From: Salisapilia sapeloensis CBS 127946
Lineage: Eukaryota; Protista; Oomycota
Reading direction: 5' to 3'
DNA length: 64,000 nucleotides
Assembly: GCA_023334545.1 (NCBI GenBank)
Contig: JAADVB010000049.1
Coordinates: forward strand, 28,092 to 92,091
Below the pieces are notes generated by a model that saw nothing but the letters and a program-made list of their open reading frames with translations, was not told the origin of the DNA and searched no databases. The first letter of the stretch is position 1. Each line of letters opens with the position of its first letter. The position numbers and the translations under genes were made by a program. Positions 22,790-34,846 of the stretch are shown one piece after another.

Positions 22790-23713
22790 CTAAACGGATA
22801 GTATGGAGCTTTAAGGCAAGGCACAAGTAAAGCGAATAGACGAATGAATTGAACGGTAATAGAGAGCAAAGACATCGACACATCTTGTTTCCTATCGACT
22901 TCGTCCTAGTTGATAGCATGACGACAAGCAGCTTGGTGGTAGAAGACATGGTAATATACTTTGTACTTTGGAGTCTAGAGTGGTTCATATCATCCTTCTT
23001 GCGGCAGAAACGTCCGTAGAAGGAAGGTTGAGAAAGATACATGCACATCCTTCCATCCTCTCGATTACATCAGAGTCATACGACGATGGACTAGTCTAGA
23101 CCTAGAGTCATGAGTAGGAAGATGCTGTCGATAGTAGATAGTGACTTCAAGATCTAGTAGAGACTCATGGAAACTCAGGAACGACGGTACGAATGGACGA
23201 ATGGACGTGTCAAGTCATCAAGCTACAACTTGTTACTGTATGCCGATCGTCCCTGTATGTGGATCTGCTTGAGCGCGCAGGTCGTACGATCGCAATGCAC
23301 ATCATACTCCCAGATTAATCACAGCCAGCTTACATGCATGCACATCTCCTTCATCCATCTACATCGCTACCAATGCACATCGATAGGTAGAAACATAGTT
23401 ACTACTGCTCTCTACTGCCATCCTACGACAGTCATGTCGATAGCGCCAGTAGAAATGTTGTATGCAATCCAGCACGACGACGAACGCCTCGCTCATGACG
23501 GTTGGAGATCCTACCGATCCATCCAACAAGCTTCCCAACCGCCTACACCACCTGTTAAACATACAGATCGGACATAAACACTATCCGGCCCTGTCCATTT
23601 CCCACTCCATCCACTCTCTATCAGGTAGCACCAAGAGAAACTGTCATCAAGTACCTACATGAGAATCTCTAGCTAGAAATCCAACAATCAAAATTGTATT
23701 CTTAAGGGCGTAG

Positions 23714-26005
23714 CTACATGCCTCTAGACTTCTGTGAAAGGTACTTCCACCATGCAGTCGGATGCAGACGCGACAGCGTAGTCGTAGCAAGCACAAGACA
23801 AGCCATTGCCAGTACACTCTTATTACTCGCCGTCCGCATCAGTCGAGCGAACGATGCCTTGGATACATTTCTATGAGCAATATACAAGACTAGAAGCACC
23901 ACTCCACTTTCCACCACCAACAAGCGAGCAGAGCGTCGTGTCAGCGTCTCATCTCGCTGCTGTCGCTTCTGCTTCATCACCGCTACCCACGATAGCATAT
24001 CCGAGAAATCCACGACGCCATCTTTATTAAAATCCATCGCATCCAAGTACTCTTTCGCCCGTTCTTCCGTCACGAACGAACCTAAAGAGTTGCGGACAAA
24101 CTGCCGAATGTCTTCCGAAGATAGACGCATGCTACCACTCACATCTATAAGGGTGAACATGAACTTGAGCATATCCAATTCCGATTGCTCCAACAGCTAC
24201 AGATATACTTTAGTCGGCGTTTTAGCTTATATACAAAGTACCTTACCGTCTCTCCTGTCTCCTTCTGCTGGTGCTTTACCCATGCACTAGCAACATCCGA
24301 CAGTACACGTCGTCTAGCATGCGGATGCATCTCATTCGTCGTCTGCCGCATCTCATCCACTACATAAACAATCAGAGCGTGCTCTTTACTATAAAAGACA
24401 TTGCTAGGCGTACTGGATCCTCTTGGCGGTTGAAGATTCGAGAGCTGGTCGCTACCAGAGACGACAGCCACGTTCGTACCACGCGGTTCTTTACTAAACT
24501 CTAGGATCGTATCAAAGATCTTTCTACTAGCAGGTAGAAACGGTAGTTTGGTCATAAACTCTCGCCAGATATCGACGCCACGACCTTCCGGAAAGATTAA
24601 TGCTGGTGGTGGATGGTCCACTGCACTGACTTCCTTCAATTCCCAACGACACTCGTCGTTATTTAGATGCAAGTACGCAGCCTAACGACGTGCTAAATAC
24701 AATGAAAAGTCATCTATCAAAAGGATCGCTTACCTTATTTCCGTGACGATCGCAATAGTTTGGACTGGAGAAGACTGTGAGTAAAGGAGGCATCGTCGTG
24801 GACGATCGACGATCCATCGCTTCCCACTTGCTTCCATGGAAATGGATCTTATACCCATGCTCCTCGAACTCGTGCGCTCGGACCATTGCTACAAGCTCAT
24901 TCTTCTCCAGAAACTGGAAGAGTGCTGCAGCGTTAAAACTATAGGAGCACCCGCGAACCTATCAAGACGATCAGCATATCGTCACAAGCTACTCAAGATT
25001 TCATCATACCGCATTTGTCTCCCATTGTGGCTCTCCATTCGTATCTACACAAATCCATGTCGATCTTAATACCGAAAGACAAGCTAAGCTACTAGGAATA
25101 TGTTTAAATGTACCTTGGACGTTCGGATCAGACCATACTAAGTCACATAAGAGTCCGGAATGCGGGATTTCTCGAAATCGATCTAGATTCTGAACGTCTT
25201 GTAGCGTCTTGAGATCTGGAGAGATACCTCCATGCACGCAGAAGAGCATCCCTTCGTACGTACGCGTTAATGCTGCAATCGGCATCGCTCGAAAGCACGA
25301 GATAAAGTGATAGTACACTGCAATCCCGTATTTGGCTCGACCTATTAGCCATTAGCTATCTCTTTATGCTGTGATTACAAGGCAAAGAGCAGTACATTCT
25401 CCTCGGAAGCCGTAGAAGCTAGAGATAGCTTCACATTCATGATTCCCACGCAAGAGAAATACGTTGAAGGGGTACTAGCATCAGATATGGTAAGACACTT
25501 CAAGATAGCGAGTACTCAAGTCTCATACACGCAGCTTTAAGAGCAGTAGATACAGCATAACTTCGCATGAGAAAGCTCCACGGTCTGTATAATACTCCAT
25601 TTAATAGACATGTATACTAGTCGTGCTATATCCAAACGTACCGATGTAATCGCCCAAGAAGAGTAGCTTGACACGGCCATCTAGACGCTCTCGATGAGCT
25701 ACAAGCAAGCATCGCTAACGCTCCTAGACCATACCTGCAATTCGATCCAAGCCGATACTATCGATCCGCGCGATAAGATCGTAGAACTGACCGTGGAAAT
25801 CCCCAAAGATGTAGGTTGAAGTGCCATCCACGTGCACTACATTCGGTTCGTCCGACAGCACGTCTTTCGCAGCATGAATGAGAGCAACTACATCTCCTAC
25901 ATCCAGGAGCTCCTGATCTTCCAACCGACTCTGTGTAGCTGCCACCGAAAGCCCCACACCAGACGACCGGCGGCGATGGCGTAGCTGCTTGTCTTCCTTG
26001 TCCAT
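23714..26005 (-). CDS. PPP phosphatase, calcineurin A (PP2B)-like, fused to a C-terminal EF-hand pair and hydrophobic tail; ~9-10 exons
   Basis: Hand-spliced motifs in order: GDFHGQ, LFLGDYI|[45 protein letters not shown]|AAYL, KLPF; then ..ETGET|[22 protein letters not shown] and [12 protein letters not shown]. 5' end uncertain. Confidence 0.8.
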
Positions 26006-26261
26006 CTTTCCTTGTCTACGAAAGAAAGAGCATTGTATCTCTTTTCTTTCGTACTCTTCCTCTGAGTCTGATAAATATTATTCTGATTCTACCCGAGCAA
26101 GATGCTCCATGCCTCTCGGCTGTCTACTATAGTAGCACTGCTAGATGGGTATATGGAGATCAACTAAAAGTATTGCCTATGGGATGAGTGGAGGGGGGTT
26201 ATGGAAGATGAAGAGGAAGTAGTACAGCATACATTCGATATATTGAGCAAAGACACACGAG

Positions 26262-27037
26262 CTACTCGTCGGATCCAAAGTCAGCGTTCAAAATGTCGTC
26301 CAGTAGATCGCTTTTCCCGTCAATATCATCCAAGTTGTCATCAGGAAATGGTACAATTTCATCTTCATCGGAATCAGATGCGTTTTTGCTCGTAAATGTT
26401 GGCAACGGTGCGTCTTCATCCCATGGCAAGACGTCGTCTTCCGAGTCCAAACCATCGACAATGCTATCGGTCACTTGCTCCAGGATCGATGGTACCTCTT
26501 CATCTGGCACCACCGGATCTTCCGAAGGGATACCTCCAGCAGCATACTCGACCTCCTATTCCATGCTTATTAGCACATAACTTTTAGTTGCAATCAAAAA
26601 TAAGCATACTTCGTCCTCGGATGGTCGTGTCGAGCTAATCTTTTCACTTGACTTTGTAGATAATCGAGCTTGCTTTCTCTTCTTATGAGACTTGACAACG
26701 TCTTTCGGTGTCGCTGCAACATCTTTCGCAGGAGTGTCATTTCGATCCTGGTTCGAGATATCTCCAAGTGCACGTCTGCTACGTATACTACTTTAGTACC
26801 CAGACTATTCTTCATTATGCAAAGAGCGTACCTCTTCTTGGACTTTGGTGTCTTGGCCTCATTCAGTGGCACTTCCACCAGCTTGTTGCACGTCGAAGAA
26901 CGTTTTTGTGGCGCTAGATACAGCTTTAAGAACATGCACACCCAAGAACATATTCGTAGGATATCATAGTTACTCTGAGACTTGTTGCTACGCGCTGGTG
27001 TCGGCGTATTCTCCTTACTTGCCGCCAACGAGCTCAT
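26262..27037 (-). CDS. 202-aa APC/C substrate, securin-like candidate (4 exons; introns 26914-26973, 26779-26831, 26556-26609)
   Basis: Three 53-60 nt GT-AG introns splice to one 609-nt frame: SKENTP (KEN box), RRALGDISN (D-box), TPQK/TPAK CDK sites, EEVEYAAG, acidic C-terminal half. The coding model is well supported; the securin identity is inference. Confidence 0.65.
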
Positions 27038-27057
27038 GCTGTCAACTCGCGTCTGCC

Positions 27058-27077
27058 AAGTTTTGGAGCGAAAACTT
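27058..27077 (-). promoter_or_regulatory. Palindromic E2F-like element AAGTTTTCGCTCCAAAACTT about 21-40 nt upstream of securin-like ATG
   Basis: 7-bp perfect inverted arms AAGTTTT/AAAACTT. The core TTTCGCTCCAAA differs by one base from the DHFR-type TTTCGCGCCAAA E2F element. Confidence 0.35.
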
Positions 27078-27189
27078 CGAGCGACCTTCGGGTAACATTT
27101 TGGTATGCTTTCTGGGTTTCCATGCTGTCCAAAAGGACTGCTATCTAGTGTTACATAGCTAGTCTAGGAAGATGAATATTCTCACACAG

Positions 27190-28307
27190 ACTACGTACAT
27201 TGTAAAGGTCGCTTACGCTTCTTAGTGATATGTGTACAGTGAGGTCAGTCACGGAAGAAATGCAGTGAAAGCAAATCTAATGACGTACTGATAGGCGATA
27301 GATGTACTGCATTATCCAGTTTAGCTCTGATCTCCTTCCTAATTTGCATGCACCCAGGTGTGATACGCTTAAAAGTTGAATTGGAGTCCTCTTCGAGGGT
27401 CGCTAAAGATTGGAAAATCGCTATGACGTTTAGATATGTAGTTCAGCAGTGAAGTTTCCACTCAATATAATCAATCCCCGCTGCCTTTCATCCGGAGCTC
27501 AGACACCAAATAAACTCTATTTAGACCTCCACCAGAGTTGTAAGCATAAATTTATCATTGGAATGACAGCAATGCATCCTCACTCTAATACAAGACGATC
27601 TGCGCTCTACGGATGATTGCATCGTCCAACAAGTCTCTACCTACTTTCTGCACACAAATTGACTGCTACTGATGAACGACAACTACACATAAGCTATATA
27701 ACTAGCCAAAAGCTCGTACACGATGTGCAAGTACACTTTGCAGCTAATCAACATGTCAGTCTGCTTGTTGGCGACTTGCATTGCGCTATAGAAATAGACT
27801 ATTTTCACCGATAAAAGTCTCTCTGCCTTTCATCTCATCCTACCACTGAACATTCCAACACAAATGCAACACATCCTAGTAAATGCAGCATCTCCATGTT
27901 TATGCAAAGCATCCACCAAAGTCCTTCTACTTGCCACCATTAAGATCCTTCATCATGCGCGTAACGTGGAAGAGCAGAGTCGATCGGTGAGCAGCCTTCT
28001 GACGATCCGCCTACAACAACAAATTCGCCACAAACACATCAGTATCTTCCATAACAAGTCACATAGACATCAGACATACCTTGGCTGTGAGCACCTGCTC
28101 CAGTCGTCTAGACTCTCGCTTGCACTGAAGCTCGTCAAAGTCATTCCGCTCCAACGCATCCATGAATGCAATGAATTCCGGCTGTCCTTCATTGCTCTCA
28201 CGTACCGTACGCAGGGTCATGCGCTTGATATGCACGGGTGAGATGGCCTTACGCACCGTCATGACCGTCCGATTGCTCGACTTTGAGCCTTTAATTGTCA
28301 AATACAT
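27190..28307 (-). CDS. Probable intron-rich hypothetical gene, structure unresolved
   Basis: The 82-aa ORF 28059-28307 splices in frame to ADRQKAAHRSTLLFHVTRMMKDLNG. Further exon-like blocks with splice signals run to ~27190, and it is head-to-head with the M16 peptidase. Downstream frame not resolved. Confidence 0.35.
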
Positions 28308-28390
28308 TCAATATTACGAGATTCCATACAAATTCTACGTTCTTTATAACATAAGTATTATGGGACAGACACAAGCCGAGCAAGAACAGC

Positions 28391-31300
28391 ATGATGCAGC
28401 AATCGCCAGCAGACCGGAAGCAATATCGGCGTCTGACGCTGCCGAATGGACTCGAAGCTGTTCTCATATCCAAGCAGGGGATGTATCATGAGCATGAGAA
28501 AAATGGTAGTGAGAATGAAGAGCAGGAGAGTGATGGAGATGAGGAAGAGTCGGATGATAGCGATGGCAGTGACGAAGAAGACGATGAAGAAGCTCCAGCA
28601 GCCGAACTAGCTGGTGCATGTCTCTCAGTCGGTGTGGGTAGCTTTTCCGACCCGGATGACTTGCCTGGACTAGCCCATTTCCTCGAGCACATGCTATTCA
28701 TGGGTATTCTTCTGCCTCGTAGACGGAAGAATCTCTTGTATCTTATACAGCAAATGTAAATAGGAAGCAAAAAGTATCCCGGAGAAAACGAAATGGAAGC
28801 TTTTCTAAGTGCGCATGGTGGCTACAGCAATGGCAGCACTGACAACGAGATCACACAGTTCACATTCGAAGTGTCTCCAGCGCACCTCGAGACGGCGCTG
28901 GACATGTTCGCCAACTGTTTCGTCGATCCGCTCATTCTGTCCGAAGCTATGGAAAGAGAACTGTCAGCCGTCGAATCAGAGTTCGTCCAAGCTACGCAGA
29001 GTGACCAAGTCCGCTTCGATGTACGTTCTTTTCTCCCATCTACTCTCCCTCCTCTTCTTACAATGATATCCGTCTATAGCAAGTCCTAAGTGCAATATCC
29101 AATACGGATCATCCGTATCATAAATTTGGATGGGGCAATCGTGTCAGTCTACTCGATCTTCCTCGTGAAAAAGGCATAGACGTCCGACAAGCCATGGTGG
29201 ACTTTTACAACAAGTACTACTCTGCCAACGTCATGAAACTAGTCGTATGTGGAAAAGACGCTTTAGATGACATGGAAGCATGGGTTACCAAGTCCTTTTC
29301 CAACATCCCTAATCGAAAGGTCTCTGTTCCGACGTTTGATTCCTTTGGCTCTCCATTCGTAACGCAGCTACCGACAGTCTGTCGTGTTGTCCCTGTGCGT
29401 GAGATCCACCGGTTAGAGCTGTCCTGGATGCTTCCTCCAGTCTTTGGTCTTCACCATCAAAAGCCGGAAGACTACATTGGCAGTCTCCTCGGCCACGAAG
29501 CTGAAGGCTCTGTCTTCTCCACTTTAAAAGAACGTGGATGGATCACCGCTCTATCAGCTGGTGTTGATCGCACAGATGGAGGTGACTGCGGTACGTTTGG
29601 TACGAGATTCGGTATCACGATGCGCGTGACGGAGGAAGGGATGACGCATTGGGAAGACGTAGTCGCCGTCGTCTTCTCCTACTTGTCCATCATCCGATCG
29701 AGTGGCTTCCCAGAGTGGGTATTTGACGAATTAAAGGCACTCGCAGCCATCTCGTACCAGTTTTATGAAGAACGAGATATCGTCGAGACGTGTGAAGAGC
29801 TCGCACAGGTCATGCAAGATATCTATCATGTCGACACGAATGAGGTCCTTCAGTACGAGCTCTTCCAAGGCTCCTTCCAACGACAACTCGTGTCCGATCT
29901 GATCGAATGCCTCGTACCATCCAATCTTGTCGTCGCCTTACTCTCTCCTTCCTTCGCAGACGATCCGACCTTCCTCAAGGAACAGCAGCTAGAACCGTGG
30001 TTTAACGTAGCTTACACCAAGCAAAACGTCCGGTCGGAAGCATACGACAAGTGGATGTCACCACCAGACATCTCGAGTATGCACCTCCCACGCCCCAACC
30101 TCTTCGTTCCACATGACTTTACTCTCGTCGACTCGTCTGCTTATGAAGACTTGAGCGCCCACGAGACCAAGTTTGGGAAGCTCTGGTTCAAACCAGATCG
30201 GCAGTTCCAGACACCTCGAGCCAACGTCTGTCTGCTGTTGAGTCTCCCAAGCATCCTCCACAGTCCTGAAAATGTCATCTTGACAGAGCTCTTCGCACAG
30301 CTCTCCAAGGACGCCTTATTAGAACACGCGTACGATGCAGACGTCGCCCACCTCAAGTACGAACTGTCTCGAAACGGATGCGCCTTGGAGCTCGTCTTTG
30401 GCGGCTTCAACGACAAGCTACATGTCCTCGTCGATGTTGTGATCCAATCAATCTTCTCCGGAGGCTTTGCCAAAGGAAGGTTTGACGTTATCAAGCAGGA
30501 AATGCTTCGGACGTACAAGAATGCTGTGATCAAACCTGGTCGCAAGTCAGATTACCTCCGTCTCCAAGTACTTGACACCACAGCCTTCCCTCGCGCAGAC
30601 CTCATCCAAGTGCTTGAGAACGCAACGTTTGAACAGCTACAGACGTTCGTGTCGACAATACTCTGGACGTCAAACGTCTACCTTCAGACACTTGCGCATG
30701 GTAACCTTCGTCTAGAAGAAGCAAAAGGCATTTGCGACCTCGTGGAGAGTCATCTAGAAAAACTATCTACCCCTCTTCCATTCGATAAGCTTCCCTCTCG
30801 GTCTGTCACTATAATCCCACAGACAGCAAGTGGGTATCTTCTAGAAGCACCAAGTGAGCACAGTGAAGACAGGAATTTGTTCGTGCAAGCGTACTATCAG
30901 GTAGGAGCCTTCAACCTGCGAGACATGGCGCTGCTAGATTTACTCCAGAAGATCATGGAAGAGCCGCTCTTCGATACGCTTCGTACGAAACAAGAGCTCG
31001 GATACGAGGTCTCATGTGTTGTGCGAGATACATTTGGCGTCCTTGGCTTTGGCGTCCAGGTTCAGTCGTCCTTGTTCCAAGCCAATTACATCGATACATG
31101 CATCCAAGACTTTTTAACGGACTTTGAGTACGCTATTCGGAATATGAGTGATCAATTGTTCCAGGATCATGTCGATGCCGAAGTCGTCTATCGACTCGGT
31201 CCAGACCACAACTTGAGTGAGACGACGCAGCGAGTCTGGCGAGAGATCTGTCTCCGTCGATACGAGTTCGATCTGAATGCCAAGTTGGCGCACGAGTATA

Positions 31301-31503
31301 AGACGGCGACGAAAGAGGAGCTAGCGGACAAATACAGGCTCTGGATTGTCGAGCAAGCTAGGAAACTCATCGTGCAAGTGGTGCCTCAAGATCAGTTGCA
31401 AGGTGGAGACAAGAACAATGAAGAGAGCGGAGTGAATCCGGAACGTATCGACGACCTGTACGCTTTCAAAGCCACATTAAAGTCGTACTCGGATAGCAAG
31501 TAA
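28391..31503 (+). CDS. M16A metalloendopeptidase, nardilysin/insulysin-like (multi-exon)
   Basis: DRKQYRRLTLPNGL, acidic insert, GSFSDPDDLPGLAHFLEHMLFMG (inverted HxxEH), EAMERELSAVESEF, FYNKYYSAN, KLWFKPD, EPLFDTLRTKQELGY. Confidence 0.92.
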
Positions 31504-31628
31504 CTATCGTAATTCAGCTTGAATCTCTTCTCTCTTATGCATATGCATTAGATATTCAATATAAGAGATAGAATCCTCTACTTTAGCATGTACTAGATAG
31601 AAGCATACGAAAGAGGATTTCAGTTCAT

Positions 31629-33286
31629 TTAGACGTGGAAGCAAAAGACATTGTCAGGTGCTAGAACAATCAACCTATCTCGCGTCGGCATGCACTGACC
31701 AACGATCGAGTGTTCCCCGATCTCGACGACGTACTGTCCGCGGACATGCTGCTCCACTTCTTCCTCCGATCCGTTCTGCAGATACACAAACGCCCGTCGC
31801 TCAAACTCGGCGATGCTTGCAACAAGTGTCTCCGGATGGAACGTCATGATCCTCTTGTCTTGTTTGGATGCTTGGACGTATCCGAAAGCCGGCAGCGTTT
31901 CCATGTGCTCTAGCGTAAGCTTTTCATTGCTGACACTCACGTCGAACACCAGACCATGTACGTCGTACTGAAAGAGTAGCTTCCGGTCGAACATACCAGC
32001 GGATGGTGTCGCCAGTCGAGAGCTTTCACATAAGAAGTGAAACTTTCGACAGTTGACCTCAAGTTGCTGCATGACCTGATGCTTCTTCATATCGAGTAGC
32101 ACCAGAGACGCAGTTGCATTCGGATCAAAGTCATCGCACTCTTCAAAGCCACCCAAGATCGTGTCTGGCGTCGGGATCTCCACATTTTGCGCTGCAGAGT
32201 CTCTTTGTGTTGGCACTTGCTGATCATTCGGTCCGTGCGTACCCTCCATAGAACTGTAAGGCGTTGAGGACGGTTGAAACCTGTCGGATAGTGGTCGATT
32301 AAAGTCCATAGCTAGCTCATCCGCGTGCTTGGCTTCTGAGACATCACCTTGGAAACCAATACCAGCTCGAGGAAGCTTGGAAAGGAGTTCATTCAAGTCC
32401 ATACCCAGCTCACTATCGATATGAGAACGCTTGTGGGGAGAAGTGACGTTGATAGATTCATCAGTGGATGTCTGAGGCGATTCCAGACCACTCTTGCTAG
32501 TCATTTCGAGATGATACGGTCCTTCCAACAACATCACGAGTTGGTCATGTGCGAATGAAACGTAGTTAGGTAATTTGGACACCGTGCCTATATCATATAC
32601 AGTCTCATGAACGACCTCATGTGGATGCTGCTCGATGTCTAGTAGCGTGAGACGAAAGACCTCATCTTTGTCATGCGATTCTAGAACCTGAGATAGGACC
32701 GACACAAGGTGGGAGCAGCCCTCTTCTTCGTACTTACTGGAACCTAGCACAAGGACTGGAGTGATACCCAGCGGAGAGCTAGAAGACAGCAGCTTCCATG
32801 TCGAGTTGATCTCTTCCGGATGATCCGTAGTGATGCACACCACTTGCCCATTGCCATCACCGTATACAACGACACCACTCGTCAGGACCTGCAGTGTAGC
32901 ATTCTCCTGTCTTGTCGTCACCATTGGAAATCTATAGAGTCCAGTCACATGCGCTTCGCCACTCTGTCTCATCATAAATACTTACAAACCACGCCACAAC
33001 GAGTAGACTTCTACAGCTATACCTGGTTGAAAACAATCTGCAGTAATTCGTTCTCCTTTGATAATGCATACGCAACGCTACGACTCAATGCATGGGAGCG
33101 GAATGGATCGGCCACCATTGCATTATAATGGGCTCGAGCATCCCACTGCGCTTTCCTCAGCGTATCCGTCGTATCCAATGGACTCAGCACTCCAGTTGGT
33201 AGACTAGCTTCATGAACAGTCGGTCCATTTGCAGCTAAGACGTACCGATCGAACTGCTTATCGATCAACTCGCGCTTGACATCCAT
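31629..33286 (-). CDS. NUDCD1: NudC domain-containing protein 1-like
   Basis: N-terminal VKRELIDKQFDRYVL; GFEECD; LLFQYDVHGLVF; LPAFGYVQASKQDKR, as in the NUDCD1/CML66 C-terminus. Confidence 0.75.
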
Positions 33287-33342
33287 CCTACCTACTTTCT
33301 TATGTGGTTGAGTACATCACATAAGTAGACACCAAACGTCGC

Positions 33343-34821
33343 ATGATCATGTCGGAAGCGATAGATGGACGAGTCGCTGCTATGCAGACGCAGCAGCACA
33401 TTCGAGAGAATGCATCCGAGCTACAAGACTACTTTTCAGACCTGTATGCGTGGGAGAAGAAGATTCAGCAGCAAGAACAAACTCGCAATGTGACGCGTAG
33501 CAACCAGTCGAGTGACGCACCAGACCCTCGGATGCATGCAAAAGTGGATTTAGCAATTGGTACACGCGATAACAGTGCCAGGAAGGATGCAAAGAGAGCT
33601 GATGCACATACGTATGATCGAGGATATCAGCGCTGGGAGAAATTTGATGTCGTAAGTCGAATAGTAGAGCATACAAGTGACTAGTCCTCAAGTGTCTGTA
33701 GGAAGAGGCATTGCGTGAGGATGGTAAACCAAGTACCAAAGTCTCCTCAAAGGTAGATACCATACCTCTACAGCTATATGATAATTGAGAATGATTTAGT
33801 TATCCGCTAGACGACGCCGGTGTCCAAGCCGAAAGCTGCCACTACTGGCAAGTCCAGAGGAGAGATCGAGCGTGAGGATGGGAATAATCACTACAAACAA
33901 GGAGACTATATCGCTGCCATCAAGTGTTATACGAGAGCCATCGGGTACGACGCGTCCAACCCGCTCATTCTCTCCAATCGCGCCATGGCGTACTTGAAAA
34001 CACGCGAGTACGCCAAAGCAGAAGAGGACTGTACTCGCGCTCTATCACTCGATAGCACCCACACTAAGTCATATACACGCAGAGGAACTGCAAGAAATGC
34101 ACTTGGGAAGCATCGTCTCGCGTTGGCGGATTTCCAGCAAGCAGCGTCTCTTGATCCAAAGAGCAAGCAGATCCAGAGCCAACTTGCCACCACGAGAGAC
34201 CAGATGAAGACAGCTATTAAGAGAGCTCCAAAGCATACAGACATACCTATAGCAATCGTAGAGTCTTCCGCCAAGGAAGTAGAGTATGAGCATCCGATAG
34301 AACGACAACAGGAAGCAAATGCAGAGGAGGAAGAGATAGAAAAGGTGGAAGAGGAAATATCTGAACCGAGTGTGGCATCATCGGCGGCTCCAATCCTGCC
34401 TCAACTACCGTCGAAAGCGCCATCGACGTCCTACGAGTTTACTCGTGTGTGGAAGTCACTTGTTCCGAGAGGAGACGCAGAGCACCTCTCTCAACTGCTG
34501 TCTCTCCGATCGAGATACCTGCAGATGATTCAGCCTAGTGCCTTGCCTCGCATCTTTAAAAGCTCAATCGAAGAATCCGTGCTGCTCGACATCTTTCACG
34601 TGCTTCGGCTGGAACTAGATGCAGAAAGGATAACTTCATCCTATGCAGCCGATGTGGCACGATCGTTGACGCAAGTCCCTCGCTTCAACATGACCGTTAT
34701 GTTCCTTTCGAAGAAGCAAAAGGAGGACATGGAAACTGTCCTACATCACCTCCAGACGAGCGAAACTAGTGATGAAGCCACCTCGTCTCTAGCTAAAGCT
34801 TACGATATCAATTTGAAATAA
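33343..34821 (+). CDS. RPAP3: RNA polymerase II-associated protein 3 (R2TP TPR subunit), single TPR domain + RPAP3_C
   Basis: QQHIRENASELQDYFSDLYAWEKKI N-terminus; TPR DGNNHYKQG..SNRAMAYLK..KSYTRRGTAR; C-terminal PSTSYEFTRVWK..PRFNMTVMFLS. Confidence 0.88.
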
Positions 34822-34846
34822 CTAGCATGACACCACTCGTGTTTCT

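Noticed and set aside
22830-23700. Short ORFs, splice-like signals and TGATGA/CTGA pairs between MED15-like and the phosphatase
   Set aside because: No consistent reading frame or snoRNA geometry could be assembled.
26005-26262. Possible fusion of the securin-like protein with the downstream phosphatase
   Set aside because: In-frame TAG at 26262-26264 ends the acidic exon with no donor before it; treated as two genes.
28490-28600. Acidic low-complexity insert in the M16 peptidase
   Set aside because: Known hallmark of nardilysin-type enzymes; used for classification only.
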